A stretch of 64,000 bases of DNA, taken from Podarcis cretensis (lineage: Eukaryota). A model generated the notes under the pieces. It saw only the letters and a list, made by a program, of their open reading frames with translations, did no database searches and had not been told where the DNA came from. The stretch is taken from positions 47,492,001 through 47,556,000 of the forward strand of contig OX638154.1 in assembly GCA_951804945.1 (NCBI GenBank), in the 5' to 3' direction. Position numbers and translations under genes: made by a program. Below are positions 1-14,100 of the stretch, piece by piece (the first letter of the stretch is position 1; the number at the start of each line of letters is the position of its first letter).

Positions 1-439
1 TTTGGAATCTGAGGGGTGTCAGGCAGATTCAATCTGCGTGCCAGCACCAGCTCTGTCCAAAGAAGAAAAGTTCAGGGTAACCAGCAAGACGAGCAGAGAA
101 GACTCTTGAAAGGCAATGGGCCACCTCAAGTCATGTGACAAGGCTTGACCCTTCTAAAAGCATGCAGATCACACTTGCTGTCTGGTGTATGCTACTGCTT
201 TCGTTCAACTTGCTACTACACACATCTCACCTTTGTGCCTGGAGCAAGGAAGGGATATTCTGGGAGATGCCAACTGTGAAACTGAGCAAGAACCTTCATT
301 CTGACTGTGCTATTTTAATCAAGCCTATGCATCCATCTACCTAAGATGGTACCAGCAACTTTCAGCAGTTATTACATTAACCATCTCTGAGCTGCATCAG
401 ATGCTTCGCTTTTCCCCCAAAGGCAAGCTGTTCTAGGTA

Positions 440-1135
440 ACAATGACAGTCTATTTCTTATCCAAACCTTTATTAGGCATTACAAATAAAGGCTATCATA
501 AAACACCCATATATAAAATGTTAACATATATACAAATAAACAGCCATGTAAAAATATGTAAGAACGAGGATTTTCATTGGTGTTTCTTCCCGCTAAATAG
601 TGCCATTCACCACTCTAAGAGATACTATTGATAAAAACTCGGCCACCCTTGCAGTTACTTCTGGGTTAATGTAAGACAGATAGAATCATATATTTTCATT
701 GTGCTATAATGTTAGACTACCCAGAAAAGGGGATAGCATGTGTTTGCGTAGCTGGGTATACAATGGACAGTAGAAGAGAATATGTTCTACTGTGTCTAGC
801 ACGTTCAAAAAACATCTGCAATGTCTATCATTTCTGGGGATGTTTAAATATCTGCCCTTGACAAAAGCTATGGGGTAACATAAAGGCCCTGCATTGGACT
901 AGAATTTTTCATTTTGCAATCTAAGTGACCTTGTTATCTGTTGGATTTAAACCATAAAACTTGGGGGAGCAAATTTCATTTACAGCTGACTCAATGCTTC
1001 GTTTTTCCATGTCCCTTAATCTGATTCGAATATTACGATAAATATATTGCTCACTTGAATTATAGAAGAGTTCCAAGTAACAATGACAGTCGGTGGGGGA
1101 CCTGGGGGTCATTGTGTTTGACCATAATGCCCATT
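440..1135 (-). mobile_element. Decayed LINE 3' fragment with a C-terminal zinc knuckle (RTE-X/Rex-like)
   Basis: Minus-strand translation KGRYLNIPRNDRHCRCFLNVLDTVEHILFYCPLYTQLR (CxC...HxxxxC), then AATAAA near 470; boundaries approximate. Confidence 0.65.
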
Positions 1136-3049
1136 TCATGTTATTTCATACACATGAGCTGTGCACATGTTAAAAAGCTGTGGCAAATGCTAATACATGT
1201 GAGCACATGTATATGGCGATCTGCATGCAGTGTTCATTTTCTCACAAAGATCAGTGCTTCTCAAGCTGTCTGATGTCCTAGACTGGCAATGCCCCCCCCC
1301 CAAAAAAAAAAATGTGCCAGGGACAAAGTGTCCCACCCAACTTGGGCTGTGGTGGAGTCGCCATGGACCAGCAGCCAATGGCTCACAGACTGGCAACAGT
1401 CCATGGACAACCACTTTGAGTAGCACTGACTTAGACAGAGCAGTGTCCTTTGTAGGAAATGCAAAATATCAAAAGCAGCCCACAGTCACAGGTTTTTCCC
1501 TATCAATGTCACAAGTGTTTTTCTTCCTTCTCCTTGTCGCCATTTAACCCCCTCCAAGCCCAGTTGCGTCAGCTGTCGGCTGCACATATCAGATGCTTGT
1601 CAAGAATTTCCAAGAAGATCAGGTGACACCTTGTGTTCCAATTCGCTTCCCTCCCTTACAGCCCAACTCACATACTGAGGCTGGACTTCCAAGCAAGGCT
1701 GCATTAGAGCAAGCAAACCAAGCAGATCAACATCTCGGATGAATCTGGGATAGTTGTGAACCACCATATCCTTTGCATATACTGGTGATTATCAAAGGAA
1801 CAGCTGAGTGAGTAACTATTTTGTGCATTCACCAAGGTCTTCTTTTAGCTCTAGAGAGGGAAGGTTCTGATTTTGCTCTGAAATTATAGACTGTTGTGGT
1901 TGATCTTTAAACTTGGGTATACAGCCTTCATTTGGATCAGAAAGGGTCAGACTTAGACAATGAGGATGGAATATGAATCAAGGAGGTTGAATAAGTGAAA
2001 TCTACTAAGTTCAGTTCTACAAAAGTTCACTGCATTGCTGTTCATGTTAGAGAGAATTTAGGGCATTCTGAATATTCTTCTCTAGTTCCCACTTTCTACA
2101 GCATCCCCATATTGCTCCTGAGTGGGGAAAAGGCTGCCAAATATTTGCTGAACTGCAAATGTATTTCAATCTTAAGTGCACAGAATTTAGAATATTAGAC
2201 CTTGTCTTCTATAAATATATTATAACATGCACAAAAAGGGTATTATTCCCATTGAAAATTATAGAGGGGTCTCTAACTAGCAGGCCTTTGAGATCTAAGC
2301 CCAAGGCCATGAGATCTGCTTACACAGCTGAGTAGATTGTATGATAGCAGTCTTTGGCTGAAACCCTAAACTCTTAGGCTGAGGGGTATGTTCCTCATAT
2401 CTTAACCTTAATGTTGCTGTGGTGGTAAAGAGGGAGTATTTGTTATGATGTGACCAGTTCATTCCATTAAAAAACTCTCTTGGTGATGGAACATTTTGAC
2501 CAATCCGCTACTCTCTGGTTAAAAAAATCGCTGCCTTTGAGATCAAATTTGTTTTGCGGTACAACATGAGAGGTAGCTAGCCTAATAAATCTGTATTGAC
2601 TGTCAATAAACCCATGATGTAACCTCCAGTTCATAGCAGAATATTTCAGACCTAGCTGATGCTGGATGAGGAGGAGGAGGAGGGAAGAGGAGAAGCACAC
2701 ACCCACACACCGGACAAGTAACTTAATCTCTGGTACTTGTTCTCCATGGACCGCTACTTGAAGGAAAGTCACTTTTCACATACTAATTACACTGGGATTT
2801 AAAATAAAGCTGCAGCTGTAAGCATGTTTACTTGAAAGTTGGCTTCTTCAAAATCAATATGATTGACTACAGAGGAAAATGTGTTAACACCAGAGTGTTG
2901 AAGTGAAATATATTTTTCTCTTTCAGAAATCTGTCACTGGGGACAAACTTCTTGCCCTTCCTATGCCCCCATTAAAAAGTGATTTTCCCACCCTGGTGCT
3001 GCCACCAAATTCAGATCACAATTTGGTCTGATTGCAAGCATTATTAAAG

Positions 3050-3183
3050 TAAGGTTATCAGATGTCCCCGTTTCCCAGGGACAGTCACCAGATTTATAAA
3101 TCAGTCCCCTGACAAAATCCTAACATTCCTACTGAAATTGAAAAGTGTTCCCGGATTCATTGAAAAAAAATCTGGTAACCTTA
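3050..3183. mobile_element. hAT-type MITE, 134 bp
   Basis: TIRs TAAGGTTATCAGAT / ATCTGGTAACCTTA; perfect 8-bp TSD TATTAAAG at 3042-3049 and 3184-3191. Confidence 0.85.
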
Positions 3184-4181
3184 TATTAAAGTCAATTAAG
3201 ACTAAGGCACAGAAAAGCCTTGCAATTGGAGATCAGCTTCACAGTACCTTTTGAGTTCATTCCAGGCCATATGCTCAGCCCCCTAAAGGTTAGAGCAAGG
3301 GAGATTCCTATTCGTAGTTCTGTACTATATGCATATTTGCAAAATACCCTCCCTTTGCCTAAATTAGCAAAGGGTGATCACAGAACTTAGTGCCAAACTG
3401 GCCTAGATCCATATTGAAATGAAAAAACTGAAAGCCAAAGGCATTTTTATGATGGTAGCTAGAAGCTGCCAACTATAGTGCAGGAAGTGGGGGAAGCTTT
3501 TATAGCCACACACCCCAAAATATTGGCACTTATTCAGATATATCTTATGGCAGGGGGGAGACCGAGGGACAGCTACAGAAAATTTACTAAAGGTACACAA
3601 ACCACCTGCCAAAGCAACAGCAGTTCCTCCATTATCCCAAATGCCCAAGCAATCACAGGCAAAGAGATGCAGCATTTTAGCAGCATATCAATCCTGGCTA
3701 ATGCCTCTCCCATCCTTGCTGTCTGCAATCCTCCAGCTTTGCAGAGCAACCATATAAATCCTTCAGTGAAGCAAACTGTATCTTTCCTTCTTGTACATGA
3801 GGGATGCTGGGACCAGACATAAACTTTATGAACATCATATTCTTTCAGGAAAGGAAATACAAGATTAAAAGGGCTCAGAGTCTGTGCACACAAGGATTTA
3901 TGGCCTTGGTGCTGGAACTTGACTCCTCACAGAGAATGAAGCTTTTCATTTTCAGCACTCTGTCACCCAAGACAGTTATTCTTTCAGATGAAGGAAAAGG
4001 AGCCAAAGTAGATTTAGAAATACACTGAGGACTAATGCTACACATCCCGTCTTTGTGCATGAAATGTCTGTATGGAAATAAGCAAAGAGCTAGCTGAAGT
4101 CAACCAAATCTTTCCCCAATATCTGCAGGGGGCTTTCCATCGGATACTAGGGCAATCTTTCAACAAAGCAACAGAGAGACG

Positions 4182-4210
4182 TGTCTGTCTGTCTGTCTGT
4201 CTGTCTGTCT
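4182..4210. repeat. (TGTC)n microsatellite
   Basis: About 7 tandem units. Confidence 0.9.
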
Positions 4211-5127
4211 GAAATGTCTCAGGCTGCAATGACACACAATGGGGGAAGCAGATTTAAATCAGTTGGCTATTTTTAGGACTACCAAAGGGGCTCCATTTAC
4301 TCTGCACTCTCAATTCTGCTGCAAATCTGGCCTTTGGGAATAGGCTAACTAACGTTTGCTTTCAAGTCTTAATATACATATATGACTGCAAAGTTGGATG
4401 TGTAACTATTTGTGCCACCTAGCAGCAACAGAGACCACTGCTTTAACACCCTGCTGTTCACCAAAAAATAACCCTGCATTTGCCACAGTACTCATAGCAA
4501 CTTACTTTGCCCATTACAGTCCTCCTTGCTTCGTTCTGAAATGGGTTCCTTTGCTTGCAATTTTTTGATTTGGAATAAGTGCCTTGCTACAATATGTGGC
4601 TAGTGGCTTGCTTAGTTCATCAGCTGGGAGCAAATTTACCTAATGGGCTGTAATGGTACAAGTGGGAAGGGCCATTATCAATGTGTTAAGAACATTAAAA
4701 AGCCCTGCTGAATCAGACCAAAGCCCATCTAGCCCATCCAATGTGAAAGCCTGCAAACAGGACCTGAGTCCTCTCCCCACTCGTGACTCCTATAACTGGT
4801 ATTCAGAGGCAATAGAGGCTGCAGCTCTTGTGGGCTGGGAAAGGATGGGGCCATTCACTAAGGGCTTCCTTTTGTGCTGCACTTCTCTTTCCTTTGTTCT
4901 CTTAATGGTCCATCACCCAAGCAATCTCCTCAACATAGCCTGGCTTATGTTTTAACACTTGCTGGTTCCAGGCGTTAGAAGGATCTTGCATACAACCTAG
5001 TTCCTCCCACCCAAACTCATAACAGTACGATAGGCTAAACTGGCTGATTAGCTTACTGCCTCTTGGTGAAGCCGCCCATGGTGTCCCATCCAGCCACTGA
5101 TGTAACAATTAATTTTGGAACTCAGTA

Positions 5128-5405
5128 AGAACAGAAGAAGAGCCCCACTGGATCAGAGCAAAGGTCTCTCTAGTCTAGCATCCTCTTTCCCACAGTGGCC
5201 AGCCAGGTGCCCACAGGTAGTCCACAAAAGCCCCAGCAACTGGCATTCAGAGGCCTGCTACTTCTGACAGCAGAGAATGATATATAGGCATCCTAACTAG
5301 CCATGGGTTGCTTAATCCTCAATGGATTTGTGTAATCTTCATTTAAAGCCATTGTCTAAGTTGGTGGCCACCACCACATTCTATGGTGGTAAATTCCGTA
5401 TTTTA
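5128..5405 (-). mobile_element. CR1-type LINE/SINE 3' tail fragment; related copies near 4686-4815, 56870-56980, 59530-59595 and 63765-63975
   Basis: Recurrent motif aagaac..aagaagagccc..ctggatcaga.caaagg....tctagtc.agcatcct; boundaries approximate. Confidence 0.55.
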
Positions 5406-7996
5406 AGTGCATGGAAAAGTAGAAATGGATCTGAGGAGTCCCAGAGGCACTATTTTGTTGTATAAAGTGATTTTGTAAGGCTTGTGGAAGCCCAACTCTC
5501 AATGCTTTTAAGATAAGCATATTGACATCTTTAGGGACTACGTGTGGATTATAAAAGTAGATATTTTAGCCACTTAAATTATTTCAAACTTTAACCATTT
5601 TGTGTGTGATTAATAGCTTTGGGCGATTGTTTGCATTTTGATTGAATATGCCAAATTTCTATTCTATCTGTGTCTGCAACCTCTGGGAGGATAGAAACCA
5701 TGTCTACTTAATGGCCAAGTCTAAAAGGATCAGGCGGTGATATTTTAAATCAGCATATCTAATTGAAAAAAACTCTTCCTTATTTCAGTGGGACTTTCTT
5801 TCAGTTTGTCAGGCTCAAATTCATTTATTTAGAAAATGTCTATACCACATAACATTTTGCACAAGTGATTTGCAGACATTTTAAAGTACAAATACAAATA
5901 AAGATCAGGATGCAATAAATATATTATAATACATTTTAAAATGGCAGTATTGCACCCCAACCCTCATCCTGTTTTCTTAGAAGCCCCAGTGTATTTTACT
6001 AGATTGCACTGTGTGGATCTGCCCCTGTGCCTGATATTTAAGGCCGATTGTACAGAACCAGTTGCGTACATCCTTGCCCTCTACTGGCTAAAATTAGTAT
6101 ATATATTTTTCCATTACTGTTTGGGTGACACATTTGCTTCTTTCTTGACTTTAAAACAGAACACTTTATAACATCTGATGGATCTAAACATATAGACATG
6201 TGTAGGGTAGTTAATGTTTTCAAGAAGCAGGTAAATATTAAATCTGCAAAAAAATAAATCAAAATTGTTCCCAAAGTGGGAGGATGTTTTATGACATGAG
6301 CAAAGTATTCCTATACACCATTTTTTGGTGCTGGTGGAACAATGCCAAGAGAACCTCTACCTGAGTCAGTGGACAGTGGAGGTGTCACTAGCCCTGAATC
6401 CAGCAAGCTCCTTGCCTGCACCGCTCCAAGTCCCACCCTAAGGCCAGGTGTAGCCAGATCATATTGGTTGTCAGTACAGGATTCTGATAAATCCCAAACA
6501 ATGAAGAAACAACACATGAGACAAAGTCAAAGCATCTGTTGAGCAGCATCCAACATGAACCAGATCTCAAATGGAAAAGATACATGGGTGGGTTGCCAAC
6601 TAGTCAACCCAGCAGGGTTCTTTCACCTTTGACAGTGGCTCAACGGACAGCAAGGATAGTGGATTCAGTGCCTCTTGTGGCACCAGCTCCACCTTCACCT
6701 GTTGCATAACTGTCTGTCCTGGAGCTTGCATAGAATAAGTTGGTGAGCAATCTCATGGAAGAACAGCCAACAACATCCTCTAGTCACTGCTGCTGGTCAT
6801 GGGGTGGGCCTTCCTTGTGGTCAGGGGTGCATGCTGTATCTTGGGAGGGTGCCTTGAGGAGAGCAAGGGAAGACAGACAGTCCACCTCTCTCTCTGTGTG
6901 CCCTCCTCGGTTTTTCTATTAAAAAAACTCAGATCAGGACATACCACACCAGTCAATAAAAAGACATCAGCAAACATTTTCCTTTCCCCCTTGCCTCACG
7001 AAGTCACATCAGGGCATATATAAATATATTGTCCTTGCAGGAGGAGGTTAAAAATAAAGAAAAGTACTGTCCTGTGACTTTACAAGGAAAAAGGAAACCT
7101 TCCCCTGTGTCGTAGTGTTAGGAGATGTGGAACATCCTGATCTGAGGTTTCTTTCAGGAAGATGTGGGTGTCGGGAGGTGAAGCGATTCCATGAGGGAAA
7201 GGCAAAAACCACTTTTGTTGATGCCAAGATGTTAATGGGTGAGGAATGTCCTATGTGGGTTCCCCAATGTGCCACTTTATTGGCAGGGGACGTCCTGATC
7301 CTGGGGTCCCAGAGACAAAGTAGAAAAGCTCATTAGCAGCTCCCCGGTAAGCAAGTGGAGATTGTTCTCCCAACCAGGAGTCTCCATAAGGAGAAAGAAG
7401 GTGCTTATTAATAACTTTATGTTAGCTGGCAGTAGGAATGCCCTGATCTAGCTGCTTTCAGGGGAGCCACATTAACCTGATAGCTCTCCTAGGTCATGTT
7501 TCCTTACCTTTCTGCTCTGCCAACCTTATCCATGCAATCTAAATTGGGTCCACCTTGGATACATACCTCAGGCCTTGGAACGCAGCCTGTAACTATGTCT
7601 CTAAAAGTGTGTTATGTGGAATATGCATTCATTTCCTGGCTATATAGCCTTCCCTTAGCCCAGAAATCAGCACATATAATGCTTGTGAAGTGTCTGACCT
7701 TTATGGGAATTGCATTGGATGATGGAGAATAGGGAGCGAGGAAGCAATTTGTTCCTGTTTTCTGACCTGCTTAATTTATGCTTTAGGTTACAGAAAAGTT
7801 CTCAGAGGATTACTCAGCAGCCAGAAGGCACAGACGCTTTAGAACTGAGCTCACTTGCTGGCGTGAAGAGCCTCAAGCCATCTTCTATTCCCAGCTAGAG
7901 AGAACGAAAGTCGGGTTGTTTCTCCATTCGTGGCTTAGCATCTAAGAGAGACGGGCAGAGACACACAGAGAGGTGCTCCAGTGCCTCTGCTGCACC

Positions 7997-8195
7997 ATGG
8001 TGGTGCAGAATAATCTGGACCTCGGGGATTCTAGAAAATGGATTATACTGGAGCCATTTATCCACCAGGTTGGAGGCCACATGAGCATGATGAAGTATGA
8101 TGACTACACTGTCTGTAAACCCCTCGTCTCCCAGGAGCAGTGGTTCTATGAAACTCTCCCTGCAGCAATGAAACGATTCACACCTCAGTACAAAG
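7997..8195 (+). CDS. IP6K3: IP6K3 coding exon 1 (MVVQNN...FTPQYK)
   Basis: Kozak gcaccATGG; donor AAG|gtaggc; probable acceptor of this exon is ctttag at 7781-7786, giving a 5' UTR part. Confidence 0.95.
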
Positions 8196-11100
8196 GTAGG
8201 CTCAAGACCCCAGCATCTACTGGAAAGTAGGTCCCTTTGAATGCTGAGTAAACATAATTGAAATCAGGCCGCAAGATTCAACGTTAATGCAAGAAAGAGG
8301 GTTTGCATTCAGTGATTGGAGTTTATTGCATGGTTCCCAGAGGGGTGCCATCTGTGGTTCCTCATCATAAGTTACCAAAGCTGAAAGAAAAGAGTGTGGT
8401 GGGAGGAACAGCAACAGTGGTGATGGACTTTGCCAATAATGCATTTTGGTGAGGGAGGCTTGCCATCCCCTTCTTCCCCATGCAGATCAGACCACTAATA
8501 ATTTTTACTGCCGTCTGATCAGGGTTACAGGATTGTCAGTGCTCAGTACTCCACTATCAGTGCTGTGCCTGCGTCAGTCTCACAGTCACAGCCTGTAGCC
8601 GAAGACCTTGTGCAAGCAGAACTAGAAACTGCTCGGTCTACAATTACAAGATTGCTTTCTGCAGTACAAAAACACCTGTGCCATGGAGAAATTATTTGCT
8701 GCTGAAAAGTAGCCAAAATACGTAGGCCAGTTGTTGTTTGCTGCTTGTGAGGGAAAATGAAATTTGATACACAAGTGAAAACATGGGGCTAGATCTAACA
8801 TTCGTCAGGCTAAGGTTGTGTACGCATTACTGTTTACTGTGACTCCAATGGGCTCCCACTGCTGGTGTTTGAAGCCATGTATGTGTGACTAGTACACTTT
8901 CTCTCACCTTCCATCTGATTTGAAAACAAAAACCATGATTAAGCTGTGAAGGTGAAAGCAAGAAGAGGTGACTTCACCATTATAAAATGTTGCCAACTTT
9001 TTGTACAGCAGGGATGGGAACTTGTAGCCCTCTGACCAATGGTCAAGGATAATGGGAGTTGTAGGCCAGCAGCATTTGGAGAGACACAGTTTTCCCATTG
9101 CTGTTTTATCAGGTCAGGCTACAACCCATATTACTTTCATGTCTCGTTCCCAGATGTACCTGTCAGGATTGCAATCTCAGACGGTCAGGAAACTTCACAG
9201 GTACATCTGGGAACGAGACATGAAAAAACAGGAGGGAAAGAGGATGGAAGACAAGGGGGTGGATCAAGCTCCTTTCAAAGATACAGAAACAGGAAGAGAA
9301 GGGGAAACCCATTTAAAAGGCGAGGCCTCTGGTGTCCTCCTCATTTAGAATTTCCCTGTTGACACTGCAAATATCTCACTTGTTGCAATGTCTGTTTGTA
9401 AGTAATACTGCCTGGGATTCATGGTGTTTATTTCCATTTGAGGAGGCCATCTGTGCACATTTCACCTCCCATAATGAGACTGCATCTGAGAATGAGAAAA
9501 ACAGGCCTATAGCTGAGCATTAATAGACACACTTTTTGTTGATAAAATGTCTTTGAAACTGCAACAGCAACAGCTACTGTTACAAGCCACCCCAACCCTT
9601 CAGTATACATGCACTTTTAGTTTTAATTCTGACAATGAGTGCTACTTGTTGACAATGGTGGGTTGGTTTGTTCTTAAGGTTGCAATTTTAATTGTCCACC
9701 CCTCTCTTCTGAATACAGTGATACCTCAGTTTAAGAACAGTCCGGTTTAAGAACGATTTGGTTTACAAACTCCACAAAACCGGAATTAGTGTCTTGGTTT
9801 GAGTACTTTGCCTTGGTCTAAGAACGGAATCCGAATGGTGGAAGGGCACCAGCAGCGGGAGGCCTCATTAGGGAAAGTGCGCCTCGGTTTAATAACGGTT
9901 TTGATTTAAGAACAGACTTCCGGAACGGATTAAGTTCATAAACTGAGGTACCACTGTAGTGTTCTTATGCAGTTACACTGTTATATTGCCATTTCTTTGT
10001 GATCTGGCACAGATCTTTCATCAAGCAAACTGAGACCATTCCAGAAGCACTTCCATCCCCTTGCTCAGCAATAATTTGATCTTTTTCTTTAATGAGACCC
10101 CAAGGGTTCCCCTACAGAGCTAGGCTGCCCCTTTGAATTGGTTTAGAGAGAAACAGGTGCTTGTTTGACAGTCCCTCTTCTTGGCAGGAACCCCCCGAAT
10201 CAGTGAGTCTTCTTGCATAAGGTTAATATATTCATGTTGCTGTACTCAAATAAGCTGGTGCACTTCTGTGACTAAGAAGAGCATGACCTGGGAAGGCCAA
10301 ATGACGCCTCTTCTATTAACTCACTAGGTGGTCTTAGGCAGATCAACCACGTCAGCTTCAGCTACTCCTCCTCCCAGCTTGCAACATGGGGTTGTTGTCA
10401 GGATTACTGATAATAATGGATTGCATCCAACTAAGATCTGCTCTGAGTTGGACTAGCATTGGATACAACCCTATGTAAGTGATGTAAAGCTTTAAAATAC
10501 TCCATTAAGCGCTATATACAGTGGTACCTCGGGTTACAGATGCTTCAGGTTACAGACTCCACTAACCCAGAAAAAGTACCTCAGGTTAAGAACTTTGCTT
10601 CAGGATGAGAACAGAAATCACGCGGTGGCAGCGCAGCAGCAGTGGGAGGCCCCATTAGCTAAAGTGGTACCTCAGGTTAAGAACAGTTTCAGGTTAAGAA
10701 CGGACCTCCAGAACGAATTACCACTGTACATGCTATTTATCATTAACGAAAGGTTAATGTGGGATCTCCCCTCCTCTCCATTAGCAATTTGCTGGAAGGC
10801 TGTGCTTGTTTAGATGTGAAATCCAAGGTCTTAGAAAGCAAAGTCATGGGGGCAGGGCAGGCAGATGGAATCATAATCAGTCTAAACAACATTAACACTC
10901 AGCATTGATCTTTGCCCATTTCCTGCTCTCCTAAGTCACATTGTAAGGTGAGCCAAGATACAGGACACCAGGCATCTTGTCTGAATCTAACTGGCACTGG
11001 GGATCATGTGTCTAGAGCTGACGTCATCTCCTCTCTCCCAGAGAGGTAGTGCATGCTCCAGAAGGCAAATTCCACTATCTCTCAGCTCACCAAACAGTCA

Positions 11101-14100
11101 TGCTTGCTCTAAAGTGCCAGGTGGGGAAGTTCTGACTTCTTTTTTAAGCCTGGGAGAAGGAAAAGTTCTTCATCTGATGCTGAAAAGACTATTAAAAAGG
11201 TACCAGGCAAACCTCTCAGGGGAGGGGATTCCATAGCTAGGGGTTCGTGCCTGAAAAGACCCTCTCCCTCACTTCACTAGGTGGGGGTGCTCAGAACTGG
11301 GCCTCTGAAGAGGACCTCAAATATATACAGGCATGGGCACAGCCAATACTTAACTGAGGTTCTGCCCTCTCTAAGATGAAGCCTGCCCCCTCCCAACATA
11401 AATCCTGGCTACGCCCAGGAAAAAGTCTATATGAGCATATCACACCTGTGCTTCCCTGTCCTCACTGGCTCCCAAACTGTTTCTGAGACCAATTAAAAAT
11501 GGTAGTGTTGACCTTTGAAAGTATTACACAGTTTGGGACCAGGGTACCTGAAGAATTGTCCATCACCACTTGAAGCTACCCAAACCTTAAAATTCTCTTT
11601 GAAGGGCCTTCTCCAGGTGCCCCTGCTGAGTGAGGTATAGTGGGTTTTTACTGGGGAAAGTGCTTTTTCAATGGTGGTACCCTAGCTGTGAAATGCCAGC
11701 CTTGGCATCTTTTCTGATTTTTAGCTGTGACCTGGTTTTCGGTGTTCATCCTTACATGGGCTTCATGGCTGATTTTATGTTCTTTGTTTTATGTGGATGA
11801 ACATGTTTAGTGTGTTTGTTTTGCTTTAAAGGATTTTATAGGGTTGTTGTTGTAAATTGCTTTGGGACTTTTCCTGTGTGAAGCAATTCATAAACTGGAT
11901 GAGTTGAACCGCACTGAATTTTTGGTGCCAAGCAAAGACCTTTTCCTGGGATTTTTAATCAGCTAGTTTCTGAGTCCCTATTACCGGTCCCACGTGTTTT
12001 ATTCAAATGTATGAAATTTTAGCTTGTTTTTAATTCTATTACAAGCTGCCCCGAGAACCAGTACTTAGGAAAGAATAGAGACGCTTATACATAGTTAAGA
12101 GATTAAAAAGAAACAAATTAGGAATCTGGAAGCATGCTTCTTAAAATCTAAAAACAAAATTTTGTTACTCTAATTTACACAGACAGGCGATAAAATGTAT
12201 TTCGAATGAAACATCTGTGAAAGAAGAGAGAGCCTTAAAGATCTAAAAGAGCTTGTAATCAATACATTTTCAAAATAGGATCAGGGAAGTGAACTATCAA
12301 TATGTATAATAGGATAAGAGGCTCTTAAACTGATGTTCTTCTATCAAACGCTTTGCTGCCTGCCTTAACCAAAAAGTTAATATTTCGCTCACTCCCATTA
12401 TTTTTTCTAAAGCACGTTAAAAGCAGTTCAGCTCACACACTTCCTCCACCGTTATTAATTAACTCCCCCCTAGTGACTGTAAGTAAAGCAACAGAAGACA
12501 ACGCTGCCCCAGCCCAAACTCCTTATGCCTCCACCTTTCTCTCTCTCTGAGGCAAGATAAAAAGCATTTCCCTCATGCCCTGGGCTGGCAGATTTCCATG
12601 GCAGCATAACATATAGAGGTTTTAGAGAGAGCACCTGCATTTTAAGGCTTCTTTTAGCTCAGCCTCTTGCCAATGTTTTGTCTTCGATAGGCGAGGTGAT
12701 ATTTTTATACACCCTGAAGGCTTCACAGAGGCCTAGGGACCATTGCATAAGAATGCCATTTTGCAAAACTTTGCTTGACTATTGCTACAATCTAGGCTGC
12801 AACCATATGTACTTAGGAGTTCAGTGGGACTTACTTCAGAGTAAACATGCATAGAATTGCAGTGCCTGTTTACAGAGACGACAGCTCCTTTTATGCATTT
12901 CCAACAGGAAAAAATGACCTTGAGACAAGTTTGCTTGTCTCTCTCTCTCTTTCCCAAAGCTGCCTGCTGAGAACTACTGTGAAATTACAGATTTGTTTTT
13001 CAGGCCAGGTTCTGCCCAGATTCATATTGCACATGGCAGTAAATAAATGTGCCTATTAATTTAAAAATATACACACAAGAATGGAGCTAGGGAGCTACAT
13101 AGCAAAACAGCTTCTGAGAATTGCTGAGATGCTTCTAGCATGCTGATACCTTCTATAAATACTCTCTGCCTGACTAATTTGCTATACACATACCCCAACT
13201 GAAACACCAGGGGTACCAAAATGAAGGCTAAACCAAGCCTTCAGGATGTAGAAATCTGGTAACAGCTTTTGCCCCTTCGGTGATATATTCTAAACTGTAG
13301 CAAAGCCCATTGCAGAAGCTCATGCACTGAAACCAAGTTACATGTGCTGGTGGTTTTTTTGATCATATGTTGCACATACCAGTGAAATGAGGTGCCATGA
13401 AACTCTTGGCTAGTTTTGTTGCAACAGATTAACATGCGCGTCCCCCCCTTCTCTGAAATATGTGACAATTAATTCTCTAGCCCATTCTTCGACTGAGCTT
13501 TGCCATAAAAATACTGGTTGGCCATTCCAATTAGTATACACCAATTGCATCAGGTCAAGAGAAATAGGTTGTATTTGCAAAAAGTGTGGGTCCCAACCAA
13601 TTGGTCCCAAACCTCCAAATGTAACTGTTGTGACATGGAAATAAACTATAGGGAAGTGGCTCCCTCACTGCTGCTTTAACCTATGAAAGGTCAACTCACT
13701 TTGGAAATGTCAGGGTTTTGCCACTAGCTTATTGATCATTGGGAACAAAGTTTAACAAGTATAGGTAGAGTACAGAACCTCTCCTTCAGAGATTTTCAAG
13801 AAGAATTGAGCTGGCATTCATTACATATGCCTACAGAATAGGATGCTTTGCCTCAGATTAGACTGCATGGTCCTTCAGATCCCTTCCAAAATTTCTGATT
13901 CTGTTTTGGTGCATGAGTTTTAGGTTATGTTTAAGACTTCTTGGTCTTGGACAAAATAAGTGTTACGTTATGCAGCCATTCAGTGTCTATTCCCTCCTCC
14001 TTGTTTGGCAAACACATAGAGACACACACAAAAAAAACACTAATTGATTCATGAACAAAAATAGATCTGGTGTTCCCCCCCCCCCCACACACACACCTCT

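Noticed and set aside
2560-2725. Candidate non-coding first exon of IP6K3 (GGA repeat followed by AA|GTAACT)
   Set aside because: The donor-like site is weak and there is no CpG island or transcript evidence.
6350-7440. Possible ancient DIRS/tyrosine-recombinase debris
   Set aside because: Only faint motif resemblance (KVVxAF) and no continuous frame; needs a BLASTX search.
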